From Hypanus sabinus (lineage: Eukaryota): a stretch of 64,000 nucleotides of DNA. The position numbers were made by a program, and so were the translations under genes. Below the pieces are notes generated by a model that saw only the letters and a list, made by a program, of their open reading frames with translations, did not search any database and was not told the origin of the DNA. The stretch spans positions 30,876,001-30,940,000 of the forward strand of contig NC_082717.1 of the NCBI RefSeq assembly GCF_030144855.1. Reading direction: 5' to 3'. Below, in pieces: positions 12,401 to 27,400 of this stretch (position 1 is its first letter; each line of letters opens with the position of its first letter).

Positions 12401-15400
12401 ACCTCTCTGTCTGACCTTGCCCAGATTCCAATCACTGTCAACAACATAAGGTTTGTGTTACTATTTGGTCCCTGGGTTGACCTCCACTGGAAAATTATAA
12501 AAAATGAAACTAATAGATTTTAACAAGAATTTATTTGTTGCATGCTTTTGCCCTTGCTTTGTCTTTTGGATAAGTACCTGAGAACTGCTTTATGCCTGGT
12601 CAGAGTTCTACAAGCTCATGCTGAGACCAAAGTCCACATGAAGAAATTGTACTGTACTTGTATTTTCACCCTGGTTGGCCTGTGGACTTTGATTTTTTTA
12701 AATCATTACTCATGGGCGTTGCACAATTTACGACATTTGTAGTTTTATTATTACAGCCTATTATTAAAATATTAAATTCATTTCTCAAGAATAGATCATC
12801 ATCATATATGCTAGAATTCTAAAGTTTTCAAAGCTACAAATGCTAGTCTAACAGAATTCCTTTAAATATTCACAAGATCACACAGAGGTTTAGCCACCAG
12901 TTGTCATTCTTTTATATGAAGAAACTTCTGACCTATGCCTTATTTCACCCATAATTTATGATTGAATATTTATGCTGATGAAAGAAATCCTCTTAGGTAG
13001 AATACCACATATGTACAATTTATTTAATAGCCAAAAAAATTGTCACTTTGTATATTACAGTCGGTTTATATGGATGTAATATTAGCTACAGGAATATGCT
13101 GAGCAGTGATTTTCACATAAGCATCTAATAAATAGCACAATTAGACCATCTGGATTCTTATGCCAATGATGCCATTCAGTACTATCATGCCTAATCTAAT
13201 TAAAATGCATTGAGAAAATATTTATTAACAGATATTTGTGATACTTAATTTGCAATAGGAGCCTTTCTGTTGTTTTGGTTTTGGATCTTTCCAAACCCAA
13301 TGAACTGTGGTCATGCATGGAGAAGCTACTGAGTGTGACAAAGAACCATATAAATAAAACCATTAATGAACTAGCTAAAAAAGATTCCATTAAAGTAAAC
13401 GAAATCAAGCAAAGGACCTGGAAAATGTTGCAGAAGGATCATCCGGTGAGTGTAGCTTCGAGAAAGCTTTCTGCAATCTTACCTTTGGAAGTAAAGATTT
13501 TGTTAAGATAATTTTGTTTTATTTACATGTGATGTGAAAACCAAATATGTTCTTCAGTTTTAGGCAAACGTAGGGTACAGTGGAAAATCCGGTAGTTTGC
13601 ACAAATTCCTCACTAAAATTTTCTAACCTATTCACCTGTCCCTATTTTACACAATACAATAATTTTTATATTAAATAGAAAGACATGGCAATTTGATAAG
13701 CAAAGCAGTAGAGTTCCTATGTAATACAAGTTCGTAGGCAAGAAAAGTGGAAATGAAATGCTGCTGCTGTGGGAGAGTGTAAAAAAAGTTCATTTTCACA
13801 TGTAATTGTCATTACCCATCTGAACAGATGTTTGTAATAAATCAAGTGCTTAACCTATTTATGTCTCATTATATATTCCTGGGAGCTTAATTTTCAAACA
13901 GCATTGTATCATCAGTGAACTTGGATACCATGCTGGTAGACCCCATTGTGGTTCCTTGTAACCACATCTGCATCGTGTTGGTTGCTTAAGGAATTCATGT
14001 TCAAAGTTGATGACCTTGAATCTGAGCAAACATCTTTTAAAGAGAGCATGTCCTAGATGGGGGTCCTTGATTATGGATGCAGTTTTCTTGAGACGCCACT
14101 TCTTGAAGGTGACCTCAATGCTAAAGAAGCTTGTGCACATGATAGAGTTGGCTGAGTCTACAACCCTCTGCAGCCTCTTTTAATCCTGTAAATTGGAGAC
14201 TCTCCACCATACATAAATAGAAACTTGCTGGAATCTTTGGTGACATACCAAATCTCCTCAAACTTCTAATGAAATATAACAACTTTCTTGTGGTTGCTTC
14301 AATATGTTGGATCCAGGATCGATCCTCTTAAGTTGCTCACCCTTCCACCACTGATCCTCAATGAGGACAGGCATGTGTTTTCCCACCTTCTTGAAATCCA
14401 CAATCAACTCCTTGTTCATTGTGACTTTGAATTAGGTACAGGCAGTACCTAATAAAGTGGCCACTGTATATTCTGTTGCTGAATAATGCCAGAGTGGAAG
14501 TACCTTTGTAATGAATCGCCAAAGCCGATATTAAGATTATATTATCTCAGATGTGAGTATAAGAAAGAGTTTTATTTATTTCTAGAATATCCCTTCCTGG
14601 TTCCTTTATTCTGCTACCTTAAACATAGATAACAGCTACTCTAATTTTCTGTTTAAATTTTGGTTGGGTGAAATAAAATTTATTATATTTCGGTGATCTC
14701 TCAATACATATTTAAAGTGCTGAAGAACACATTTGGTTCAATTGTGTCAGTGCAGTTACTTGCTTTGGTTCTTACTTAATCTCAGGATGGTGTTATTTGC
14801 TCAGCTTTAATTAAGTAGGTTTAGTGAATTGAATTTTGAATCCAGACTTTTGACTGTCAAAGATTTTTCTAGCTTTTTTTTAAACATATGTGTACTTATT
14901 AAGCACCGCCGTATATTTATTTTTTTCTTCTAAATTCCATCAGGATTGGGAACTTGTTGATCCATTTCCCCTTCCTCTAGTTATAATGGGAAGCAAGTAT
15001 GATATTTTTCAGGTACAGTGAAGCTTGTATTGGTAATTTAATTCATATTAATATGTAATATTTGTGAAAACTGTTCTGGTGGTGTGTTAATTTAATATTC
15101 TTTCCATAGAATTTTGAATCTGAAAAAAGAAAAGTAATTTGCAAGACACTGCGTTTTGTTGCTCATTACTATGGAGCTTCACTGTTGGTATGTTCTTATT
15201 GTTAATGTTTGTATTAAGTTCAACTTTCTGTACAATTTCAAGTTTTTATCATAATGGGAAAAAAACTATGCTTTACTGGACCATTATTTTAGAAATAACA
15301 TGCAATTTATATCAGGAAATTCTAGTGATACAAAGGTTAGTGCCCCTCTATCTCAGCTCCAGAGAACCAGATTCACTCCTAACTTTAAATGCTGTCTACA

Positions 15401-18400
15401 TACACATTCTCTCAGTGAACATGTAGTTTCCTCATGGTGCTCCAGTTTCTTCCCACATGCCAAAGATATGCTGGTTGATAGACTAATTGGCTTTTGTAAA
15501 TTGCACCTGTGGAGATGGGTGGCAGGAAAATTGGAGACAGAGGATTTGATTCATGTGTGAAAGGAGAAAAGATAAGATTGGTTTAGATAGGTACTTGATA
15601 GTTGAGATGAGTATAATGGGCTGTTGCAGGTGACCAGAAGTTACATTAGTGGGATAGGATTAAATGAGTATCTTTAGAGAAAGGAAAAGATCAGATGTGG
15701 TTAAGGAATTTCAGAGCTTAGGTCCTTGAGAATTGAACATAAACACCAGTAATGGAATGAATAAATAAATACAGGAAATGAGCAAAATTCCAGAGGGAAG
15801 TCCAGAGGAAATGGCGGAGATGGGGAAGACAAGCCCCTAGAAAGATTTAGAATCTCAAAACCAATGCTAGAGGCATAGTAAAAGGATAGGAGAATGATTC
15901 AGTCCAAGTTAGGATCAATGAGATAGGATTTTGGAGGGAAACATGATGGAGGCTGGCCAGGAGTAGACCAGTTTGAAGGAAATTAAGGCAGCAAATGAAA
16001 TGTACCAAGGGTAGAGTCATTTGGAAAAGAAGGTCTCAGTAGAATCAATATGAGGTCCAAAATTTAACATGGGGTTAAAGTGAATCGGAAAAGGAATTGC
16101 CAATGGTAACCAAAACAATGATTCAATATTCACAATATAGATGGGCTGACAAATAATAATTATGAACAATTGATGAGGTAAAACGAAATAGTCATGAAGG
16201 AGTGCCAGCTTGCCTTTTGCCTCCTTGCATGTAAAAACCAACAGTGTAAAAAATTTTTTTAGCCAGTGTGACTGATACAGGAAACCAAAGTAAATCCTGA
16301 ATGGTTCTTCATTAATTATACAGATAATTTCATCAGAATCAGGTTTATTATCACTGACTTGTATGTTGTCAAACTTGTTTTGTAGCAACAGTAGATTGCA
16401 AAGACATAAATTACTATAAATGATGAAATAAATAAATGGTGCAAGAATAAACAAGGTAGTGGTCATGGTTTTATGGACAATCATAGGCATGATCCTATGT
16501 GAAAAGGCTATATTTACTGTTTCCATTTCCTCTGTGCATGAAGTAAAATCAATCAGTCAGAAACTCAGCCATTTACTTCTCTTGTTAGCAATTTGAACTT
16601 TGTATCAGCTTTATCAAATAGTAACAACCTAGAAGAAAAACTTTCATATCAAATCCTATCAATATCATATCTATTTAGTTTTTCAGCAATAAATCAGAAA
16701 GTACAATATCAAAGATGCGAACTATCCTGAACAATTTGGCATTTGGCACTGATAGAAGGTGAGTAGCATTTTGTATTTCACTTCCAGTAGCTAAGTCTAT
16801 GTTGTGGGGAATAACAGTAAAATTCTCTGCCATTCTTAAAAAGAATCACACTAAACACTGGCTTGCTAACTTTGATTCTTGGCAAAACTGATGATGGCTC
16901 TGTTTGAACACTGCATGTCAGCTCCTGATCTTGCAGCCTAGAAGGGTCCAATAGTTTTTCCAAAATGGTGGAATGAAAGTGGAATTTTTTAAATTAAAAA
17001 TGCTATAGCCTCAAAATACTTAATTTATTTTGTTTTGTAGCAAAACAATATCTGTAGAGTACAACAAACCACTGTTTGTCCCTGCTGGGATGGATTCATT
17101 GAGTCAGATTGGTAAGTGAACAACAGAAATTGATAAAGCACACAAAATGCTGGAGGAACTCTGCAGGTCAGACAGCATCTATGGAAATAAGTAATCTGTC
17201 AAAGTTTCAGGCCAAGACCCTTCATCAGGACTAGAAACAAGAGGAGAAGATGCTGGAATAAGAGGGTGGGGAAGGTGATAGATGAAGCAACATACACAAC
17301 ATGCTGGAGGAACTCAGCAGACCAGGCAACATATATGGAAAAGAGTACAATCCTGCTGAAGGGTCTCGGCCCAAAATGTCAACTGTACTCTTTTCCATAT
17401 ATGTTGCCTGGTCTGCTGAGATCCTCCAGCATTTTGTGTGTGTTGCTTGGATTTCCAGCATCTGCAAATTTTCTATTGTAGGTGATAGATGAAGCCAGGT
17501 GGGTTGGGGAAGAAGAAGCTGGGAGGTGATAAGTGGAAAAGGCAAAGGGCTAGAGAAGAAGGAATCTAATAGGAGAGGAGAGTGGACCATGAGAGAAAGG
17601 AAAGGAGGATGGACTCCGGGGAGGTGATAGGCAGGTGAGAAAATCAATGTTTATGCCATAAGGTTAGAGGCTACAGAGACAAAGTATGAGGTGTTGCTCC
17701 TCCAACTTGACAGTGGCCTCATCATTGCAGAAGAGGAGGCCATGGACCGAATGAGTATAGGAATTGAAATTGTTGACCACTGGGAAATTCAGCTTTTTGT
17801 GGATGGAGCTGATGTGTTTGACAAAACGGTCCCTCAATCTATTCGTCCCTCACCAGTGTAGAGGAGGCCACATTCAGAGTAATGGATACAGTAGATGTGT
17901 TGCCTCACCTGGAAGCTCTCCTTGAAGCCCTAAATGGAGCTGAGGGAGGAGGAGAGTGGGTAGGTGAGGCACTTCTGCCACTTATAGGGAACAAAGTGCC
18001 TGGATGGAGATTAGTGGGGAGTGACAAATGGGCAAGGAATCACAGAGGGAACTATCCTTGTGGACAACAGAGAGAGGGAGGTAAAGATGGGTTTGGAGAT
18101 GGCAGAAGTTACAGACAATGATCTGTTGGATGTGGAGACTCATGGGGTGGTAGGTAAGAGCAAGAGGAACTCTATCATTGTTTAGATTATGGGGACATGG
18201 GGTGAGTGAGGATGTCCAGGAAATGAAGGAGAAAAATTGGTTCTACCACACAATAATCTATAATGCTGATAGGTTACAAATTCCATTTGACAATGGTAGT
18301 TATTATAACATATGACTGACATAGAGAGGTAACTTCCTGCAGCCCACCTTATCACAAGAGCAGGAAATTAGATGCAGTAAGCTGTCCTGACATCTGAGTG

Positions 18401-21400
18401 GCCAGGAACAATTTGCCCATTTACTTATTCTTTTAATGTAACCTGCAAAGAAAACTGGCTTTCCTCTCAGAATATCTATTTATAATTTGATGGATTCTTT
18501 GAGTGCTTACTAAAATTGGCAACCTCTTATTTATGTGCTAAAAATACACTTTCACAGTGCCCCAGGATCAGAAATCAAACTGTCTTTTTTATTAGAATAA
18601 TTCAGCCCATTATATATTAAAATGCTTGTGTGTTAGTCTCTTTAACTGCTTGAAAAGAAGACTTGTAAATGCTTGTTATTTCCCACAATTTATCGTGGGA
18701 CTGAACTGTTAACTTCTGAAAAGGAAGCTCCAAATGCACCTTTTAAATAGTAACTCAGACTTCTATGCCATTTTTTTAGCACCAGCCCATAGTGTATATA
18801 TACATTGCTGTTTAATCCTAACCCCCACCCACCATTATTATTGCTGACATCTTTGGAGAAATTTTACATTAATTCCTTGCAAAATAAACTAGGGACAAAT
18901 TATAAGAAACTCAGTGAACAATCAAGAGCCAGTGAAGCATTTCTAGGACTTCAGCAGACCTACAACCAGTGTGATAATCATAATTTTGTCATCTTTCTGC
19001 AGCAGATTGCAATTTCCTAGTATGTATTGCCATTGAAAAAGTCTTAAATCGGAACTTGTCCAGAATTTTACCTGCATCTCTAGTCATTTAAATGGCAGTT
19101 ATTTCATATGAAACTATTTCTCATGAACTGTGGAAAAACCCAATAAATGCTTACTGCTTGTCCATATGAATTCCAACATGAGCCTGTTATGTAGAACAGT
19201 CAAGGTGGGGAACCCTAAAATCCTTTTTATTCTATTAATTATTATTATTGTTATATTTTTATATTTTTCTCAGCTCAAGCTGGTAAAACACCATTTAAAG
19301 CCAAGCACATTTATTTCTGAAGAAATAAACTTCGAACTATTCTAATGGTGTTTACTTTTGGCTTTATGGAGAGTTACATACATTTTGCCGTGTAGACCTA
19401 ATTTTGACTTTGGGATACCAATTGTAGATGTTATTATTGGGACAATATAAAACCATAAGACTTAGGAGCAGAAGTAGGCCATTCAGCCCATCGAGTCTGC
19501 TCTGCCATTTAATCATGGGCTGATCCACTTCATCCAGTCATCCCCACTCCCCTGCTTTCACCCCATACCCTTTGATGCCCTGGCTAATCAAGAACCTATC
19601 TATCTCTGCCTTAAATACACCCAATGACTTGGCCTCCACAGCCGCTCACGGCAACAAATTCCACAGATTTACCACCCTCTGACTAAAGTAATTTTTCCGC
19701 ATCTCAGTTCTAGAAGGATGTCATTCAATCCTGAAGTTGCACCCTCTTGTACTAGAATCCCCTAACATGGGAAATACCTTTGCTATATCTAATCTGTTCA
19801 GGCCTTTTAATATTTGGAATGTTTCTATGAGATCCCACCCCCCCTCATTCTGCTGAACTCCAGGGAATACAGCCCAAGAGCTGCCAGACGTTCCTCATAC
19901 GGTAACCCTTTCATTCCTGGAATCATTCTCATGAATCTTCTCTGAACCCTCACCAATGTCAGTATATCCTTTCTAAAAGAGGAGCCCAAAACTGCACACA
20001 ACACTCCCAAAGTGTGGTCTCTCGAGTGCCTTTTAGAGCCTCAACACCACATCCCTGCTCTTACATTCTATACCTCTAGAAATAAATGCCAACATTGCAT
20101 TCGCCTTCTTCACTAACGATTCAACCTGGAGGTTAACATTTAGGGTATCCCAAGTCCCTTTGCGTCTCTGCATTTTGAATTCTCTCCCCATCTAAATAAT
20201 AGTCTCCCTGTTTATTTCTTCCACCAAAGTACACTTTCCGACATTGTATTTCATTTGGCACTTCTGTGCCCATTCCCCTAAACTATCTAAGTCTTTCTGC
20301 AAGTTCCCTGTTTTCTCAGCACTACCCACTCCTCCACCTATCTTTGTCCATCGGCAAATTTCAGATTCAGATTTTTTTTTAAGCCACAAATCCCTTAAAT
20401 CCCTTAATACCGTAGTCCAAATCATTGACATACAAGGGGTGATTGAAAAATTCGTAGCCTCAGTTAGAAGGAGTCAATTTTAGAAAACCTAACACATTTA
20501 TTTTTCAACATAGTCTCCTCCTACATTTACACATTTAGTCTAGTGGTCGTGGAGCATACCGATCCCTTCTTTGTAGAAGTCAGCATCTTGAACCTCCAGA
20601 AGTGGTCCACAGCAGGGGTGATTGATAATTTTGTGGCGTAAGGTAGAATGAGATGAGTTATACAGCTCTCATTATATGCACGTGCAGTTCAACTCAGTGA
20701 TTATGCAGAAAGTTTGATGTTAGTAAATCACCTCCTTCTACCTGTCAGGACTCCCACATCCGACACCCAGAGCAAAGTACTAACCCTACCAGCATGCTAT
20801 GTTTCCCTCAAAAAAATGCAAGGAAAAAAAACAAAAAAATGAAGTCCATTTACCCACTTACCTCACCGAAGCCTGAATGAGCCAAAGCTTGTCGCTTCTA
20901 CTCTCACCACTGGCCTACGCCTGACAACTGACCACCCCAACAATTATACATATACACATACTCAGTTCATATTCCATTGCCTTTAAATTTCCTCTTTTAA
21001 TTCAGCACATTTCTGGAGTCTTTCACTTACTGATTTCTGTATATAATGTTTGTTTGGGATGGTTGTTTCTATTAGTAGGTTATTCTTGCCCATTTATCCT
21101 GTGTTATTATATCCGGATTTTATTTTGGATTGTCCTATCTGTAATAATGGATCAGTCATAATGTACTTTTGTAGGACTCTGACTCTAAAACTGGATCAGG
21201 CTTGTATTTATAGTAAGGTATGGTTTCTTTTATGAGTTTGTATTTTAAAGCAAGATTTTGCTGAATGATGTTTGCCATTTGATTGTGCCTGTGTAAATCG
21301 TCAGATTGAGTCCAACTGTTGTTCTTTAATGACTTATTTTTATTATGTTATTTTTGATAATTTTGTGTTAACCACCTGGTCCTGTTCTTGCCACAAGGAA

Positions 21401-24400
21401 CCCTTCTGTTTCTGGGAGGAGGTCTCCAACACTTCCTTATTGACATCTCATCTGATGAGATCGTGGGGATGTCTTCCATGGAGGGTCTTTCTCTTATTAT
21501 TATTATTTCTTATTTCTTTCTTCTTATTATTATTCTTATTACTCTTCTTATTCTATGGTATTGAAGATGAGTATAGAATTCCAACCAAAGTCAGCATCGA
21601 CCCAAAAGATTAAACCAGGAAATTAAGCTATCAGGGGATCTATTTTATTTTGTATTTTCTGGCTCTCAAATTTGTGCAAAATAATTTCTTTTTTCATCAT
21701 TGTGCTGTGCACTTCTGACTGTTATAGCGTTATAAGATTTTTATTTGCAGGGATATATTGAACATTACAAACTTAAATATGCAGTGATGTTTGGAAGCAT
21801 GATTCATGCCAATTAGTTTTGATCATCTGGAGCTGGTAAATGTGTGTGTAAATATTACAGCAGATTCACAGGAACCTTAAATCTATTTGTATATAATTTG
21901 TACTATTTAAATCTATTTGTATGTTTCTATATGCAGGATCTCCACCTGTTGCTGAAGTTGAATTAAGCAAAATTAGTGCACGAAATCCAATTGATCTGTG
22001 GAAGAAAGTATATGAGAGGTTATTCCCATGTGAGGTAATTTGTAAGCTAATGAGTAGTATACTAAGTGCAAAACACAACAGCTGAAGGACTCGGTCGTGC
22101 AGCATCTGAGGAGGGAAATGGATAGTCACTTTGCAGAGGTTCTGTATTCAATCTGCTGGAGTGATCCTGAGCTTCCAGTTGCCCACCAATCTAATTTCCA
22201 CCCCAGTCCCACACTGTCAGAGGCCTCTGCACTGTTATAATGAGGCCCAACACAAGTTTGAAGAACACCATCTTTTCAATCTGAGCACATTCAGCAATGA
22301 ATTCTCCTACTTTAGGTAACTTGCTCTATTTTTGACTGTATGAGGACTGGGGCATTTCTACTTGCCATCCACTTGGAAGTTTAGCTCAGCTTTTTCTCTC
22401 CATTGTGTAGCCTCACCTCCTTGAGCATGTCCCTCAACCCCTCAACACATGTAGCAGCTCAAATTCTGTATTTCACCCATTTGGCCTCACTCCATCAGTA
22501 ATGTTCCATTTGTTTCCCTCCCAGGACCTCTGTAGTGAAAACTAACTTGTTTCTCTCTTCCAGATTTAACAGAGGGCCTTGAACCTAAACTGTTAATTCT
22601 GTTTCTCTTTCTATGGTGCTGCCTGTCCTGCTGTGTGTTCCTGGCATTTTCTGTTTTATTTTAAATGCCAGTTAACATTTATACCATAAAAGTAACAGAG
22701 TATCACCACCATCAACAAGAAAGAATCTTGCCACCCACACATGCTGACGGTAATGCCTTGAATGATTATTCCTCTGTCATCAATATACCTGAGTCACCAT
22801 TAACCAGAAACTGATCGGAAATATACTAGGACAATGGATGCTTGGAAAATGTGAAGAATTTTTTTTAAGTAGGCAGTGGTAATGAACTAGCTTTTCACAG
22901 ATGATGAAAGCAGAGGTGAAATATAACTTCAAAAGGAAATTGAATAGGCATTGAAGGGAATTAAGTTTTAAGAGCTTTGAAGACTAAGTAGGAGAATGGG
23001 TCTGACTGGATTGCACTCTAAGTTGGTAGCATGGATTTGATGGACCGATTAGCTGCCTCCTGTGCCATGAATGGTGCATTCAGATTTCTGTAAATTTCTA
23101 CGTAAGCCATGTTATCTCTAGCTACTATTTTCAAGCTGGAAAGAATATTGTAAAATCTAGTTAAGCTTCCATTCTAAACATGGAATTTGCTTGTGAATAA
23201 TTTAATTAATATGTAAGTCTTTAAACCCTAAATCTTAACAGACTTGTGGCTATTCAGTTTTGACTTTTTACGATGTATGTCAGTGATCTGGACTATGGGA
23301 TTAATGGATTTGTGGCTAAATTTGCCGATGATACAATGATAGGTGGAGGAATTGGTAGTGTTGAGGAAACAGAGAGCCTGCAAAGAGACTTAGATAGTTT
23401 AGGGGAATGGCAAAGAAGTGGCAAATGAAATACAAAGTTGGAAAGTGTGTGGTCATGCACTTTGGTGGAAGAAATAAACTGGCAGACTATTATTTAGATG
23501 GGGGTGAATTCAAAATGCAGAGATGCAAAGGGACTTGGAATACCCTAAAGGTTAACGTCCAGGTTGAGTCGGTAGTGAAGAAGGCGAATGCAATGTTAGC
23601 ATTTTTTTCTAGAGGTGTAGAATGTAAAAGCAGGGATGTGATGTTGAGGCTCTAAAAGGCACTTGTGAGACCATGCTTAGAGTATTGTGTGCAGTTTTGG
23701 GCTCCTTATTTTAGAGAGGATATACTGACATTGGAGAGGGTTCAGAGAAGATTCACGAGAATGATTCCAGGAATGAAAGGTTTACCGTATAAGGAACGTC
23801 TCAGCTCTTGGCTGTGTTCCCTGGAGTTTAAGAGATTGAGGGGAGATTTCATAGAAACATTCCAAATGTTAAAAGGCCTGAACAGATCAGAGATACAGCA
23901 AAGGTATTTTCCATGGTAGGGGAGTTTAGGACAAGAGGGCACAACTTCAGGATTGAAGGACATCCATTGAGAACAGAGATGTGGAGAAATTACTTTAAGT
24001 CAGAGTGTGGTAAATCTGTGGAATTTGTTGCCACGAGCAGCTATGGAGGCCAAGTCATTGGGTGCATTTAAGGCAGAGATGGATACATTCTTGATTAGCC
24101 AGGGCATCAAAGGTTGTGTGGAGAAGGCAGGGGAATGGGGATGACTGAAAGAATTGGATGGCAGATGATTGAATGGCAGAGCAGATTCAATGGGCCAAAT
24201 AGCCTGCTTCAGCTCCTATATCTTATTAAGTCTTATAGACTTAATTGTTTTCTACTTACAGAGTACCAGAGAGTTCAAAGAGATTTTGGATCCAGCCAAG
24301 GACCCACAGTATGCTGAACCTGAAGTGGATGCAATGAGGACACAAAAGGACCAGGTAACTTATAAAGTTTCATTAAGATGCATATTTTATTTATCTAACA

Positions 24401-27400
24401 TATTTTTAATCCATTACCACCAGTGTCATTGTCAGGATTGTATCAGTTGTAGTTCAGTTAGTAACTGTGAATTCAAATCCACTCTAAGCACTTGAGTACA
24501 AGAATCTAAGATAGCGTGATTTGTATTGTTGAAGGTGCCATCTTTCAGGTGAGAATCCAGGTCTCATCCACTCTATTAGGATTTAAATGACACTGTGTAG
24601 CACAACTTTGAAGAGAAGGAGAATTGGATTGAGGCCATTATTTATTCTCTTTCTATTTTCCGTTACAACTATAGGTATTTTACTACCAATTTAGTACTTT
24701 TAGTCATGAAATATGTTTCATAAAGACAAATGCTTCAGCATCAGCAATTCGGGTTCATTTCCGCCTCTGTCTGCAAGGAGCTCGGACGTTCTCCCTGTTA
24801 CTGTGTATGCTTCCTCTGGGAGCTCCAGATTTCTCTCACGTTCCAAAGACGCGTAAGTTAATTGGTCATATGGATGTAATTTGGTGGCACAGGCTTGTTG
24901 GGCTGGAAGGGTCTGTTACCATGCTGTTACTAAATAAGTAAAGGTCCAACACCCCAGGTTGCCAAGCTAAGTTGCTGAAAAAATTGGCAAATGTTTTGAG
25001 TCTTTTACACAGTATGCAAAATGCTAACATTGAAGGACTATATCATAAAAAAATGTGCTCCTCAGCAGATAAAGTTATTGCTGAATATAAGCCATTTACC
25101 TTTTGCTCATAATACATTGCTGAATATGTATTTAATAAGCAACTTTTTAACCATTTGCCTTCTTTTAAATATGTAATGTTTTACTTACTTTTCAGCAATG
25201 TCGATTTTTTTCTGGTATTGTTCTTTATCATGTTACCTCTCTCATCTATTTCTTTGCATTGGGTTTTCACTTTGCTTTGGGCTAATACTTGTCAGTTTGG
25301 CACTGACCTTGTTTTATTAATCATGCTTAGTTAACTGCTCAGTGACTTGAAAATTTGGGCTATGTACAGATTTTGTATCACTCCTAATGCTTTGAATTCA
25401 ATCCATTGTTTAAGAGGTTTACTAAAGAGTGGCAGCAGTTTATTTAGCATGGACAATATATGCTTCATACTTGGAAGTGTGTGTTTGTTAAATTTCAATT
25501 TTATTGGCCGTACTTTTAGTTTTATCAGCACTATTACTAAAATTCCTTTTGTAGTTTCTCTGTTTATTAAACCAATAACTTCAAGATGCATTGTACATAA
25601 ATTGACAAATTAATCTGAGTAATTATAAAAAGTTGCAAATTTTCTTGAAGACAAATTTTCCCAACTCATAGGTCAGTCGGTACTCTTTCTAAAAATGAAT
25701 AATCATATATGAACGGTGAATCCAGCTAATAATGTTATTACTTTGAACTCACAACTGTTGTGCCATTATGCAAGTTAACCTTGACTTAGAGTTCACAAGA
25801 TTCCCCACAGATTAAGATCTACAATTACCCTAGGTTACTTCAGTTCATTTTAGTCTTGGCTTTTCCCTAATGAATATCTTAAAGGCTTTCCATGAATACA
25901 TTTCATTATGTTATATCTGATATATTACCAATAGTTAATTTTCAGAAATGTTTTCCATAATATTCTTAGGAATATATGTGATCTTTGCCAATGTCAATCT
26001 AAGGCATATCATAGGAAGTAAACAAGAATTGTCTCTACCTGTATTTGGGTATTTGTTGATCTCATGCTGTTATCAAGTTGAACGTCTGCTGTTATCAAGC
26101 TAACAATTCAGTGTTACATAGTTTTGTGAAAAACAAATATTTTTAAATGGTTATTCCCAACTCTTTGTGCTGTCAAGGTGTGTGTATTTGTCTGACCTAT
26201 GGTCAGCTATGACAAATTTCACCTTGAGATAAGGAAAGTAAGTAATCTAAATTAGATGCAATAAATATGCAAAATAACGAAAACAAATCTTCCTCATAAC
26301 CTTTCAAACACTTTGAATTGTTCTTTAGTTACCCTTTTTAGGAATTCTTCATATTGATCTACATTTAATTATACCTTCTGTATATATAAATCACATTTTA
26401 AAACCAATTTCACCAAAGTTCTAATCCAAGGTATAAACTTGCTTATGGGGGGGGGGGGAAAGCTAAGGTTGAATTGCAGTGTTCAGGTTCTGTATCAGGC
26501 AGCAATAAGTAAACAAACTTATTTTGGCCCCTTCCACAAAAAGCATTTCATTTTTGGGTAGTTTAATATGTGTTAGTAGACACTAGGTTTAACCTCATTT
26601 TAAAGAGTTCCTTCGCAGTAAAGTGTAACATTTCTAAGACCATAAGACATAGAAGCAGAATTAGGCCACCTGGCCCATTGTGTCTGTTCTGCCATTCAAT
26701 CATGGCTGATCCTTTTTTAAAATCTCCTCCTCAACACCAGTTCCCGCCTTCTCCCCATAAGCTTTGATGCCATATCCAATCAAAACCCTATCGATGTCTG
26801 CCTTAAATACACCATATGACCTGGCCTCCATAGCTGCATGTGGCACCCTTTGGCTAAAGAAATTTCTCCGCATCTCTCTTTTGAAAGGGCGCCCCTCTAT
26901 CCTGAGGCTGTGCCCTCTTGTCATGACTCTCCCACTTTGTGGAAACATCCTTTCCACATCTACTCTGTCAGAAACGTTCAAAAGGTTTCCATGAGATCCC
27001 CCCCCCCCCCCATCCTTCTGAATTCCAGTGAGTACAGACCCAGAGCCAGCAAACGTTCCTCGTATGATAATCCTTTCATTCCTGGAATCATCCTTGTGAA
27101 CTTCCTCTGAACCCTCTCCAATACTAGCACATCCTTTCTAAGATGAGGGGCCCAAAACTATTCACAATACTCAAGTTGAGGCCTCACCAGTGCCTTATAA
27201 AGCCTCAGCATCACATCTTCCTCTTGTATTCTAGACCTCTTGAAATGAATGCTAACATGGCATTTGCCTTCCTCACCACTGACTCAACCTGCAAGTTAAC
27301 CTTCAGGGTATTCTGTACAAGGACTCCCAAGTCCCTCTGCATCTCAGATTCCTGGATTTTCTCCCCATTTAGAAAATAGTCTGCACATTTGTTTCTATTA

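Noticed and set aside
14446-14468. Tc1-type TIR fragment gtacctaataaagtggccactg
   Set aside because: Isolated and short, with no partner TIR found.
16017-16526. 169-aa minus-strand ORF
   Set aside because: Low-complexity AT-rich intronic sequence overlapping a LINE tail; no recognisable motifs.
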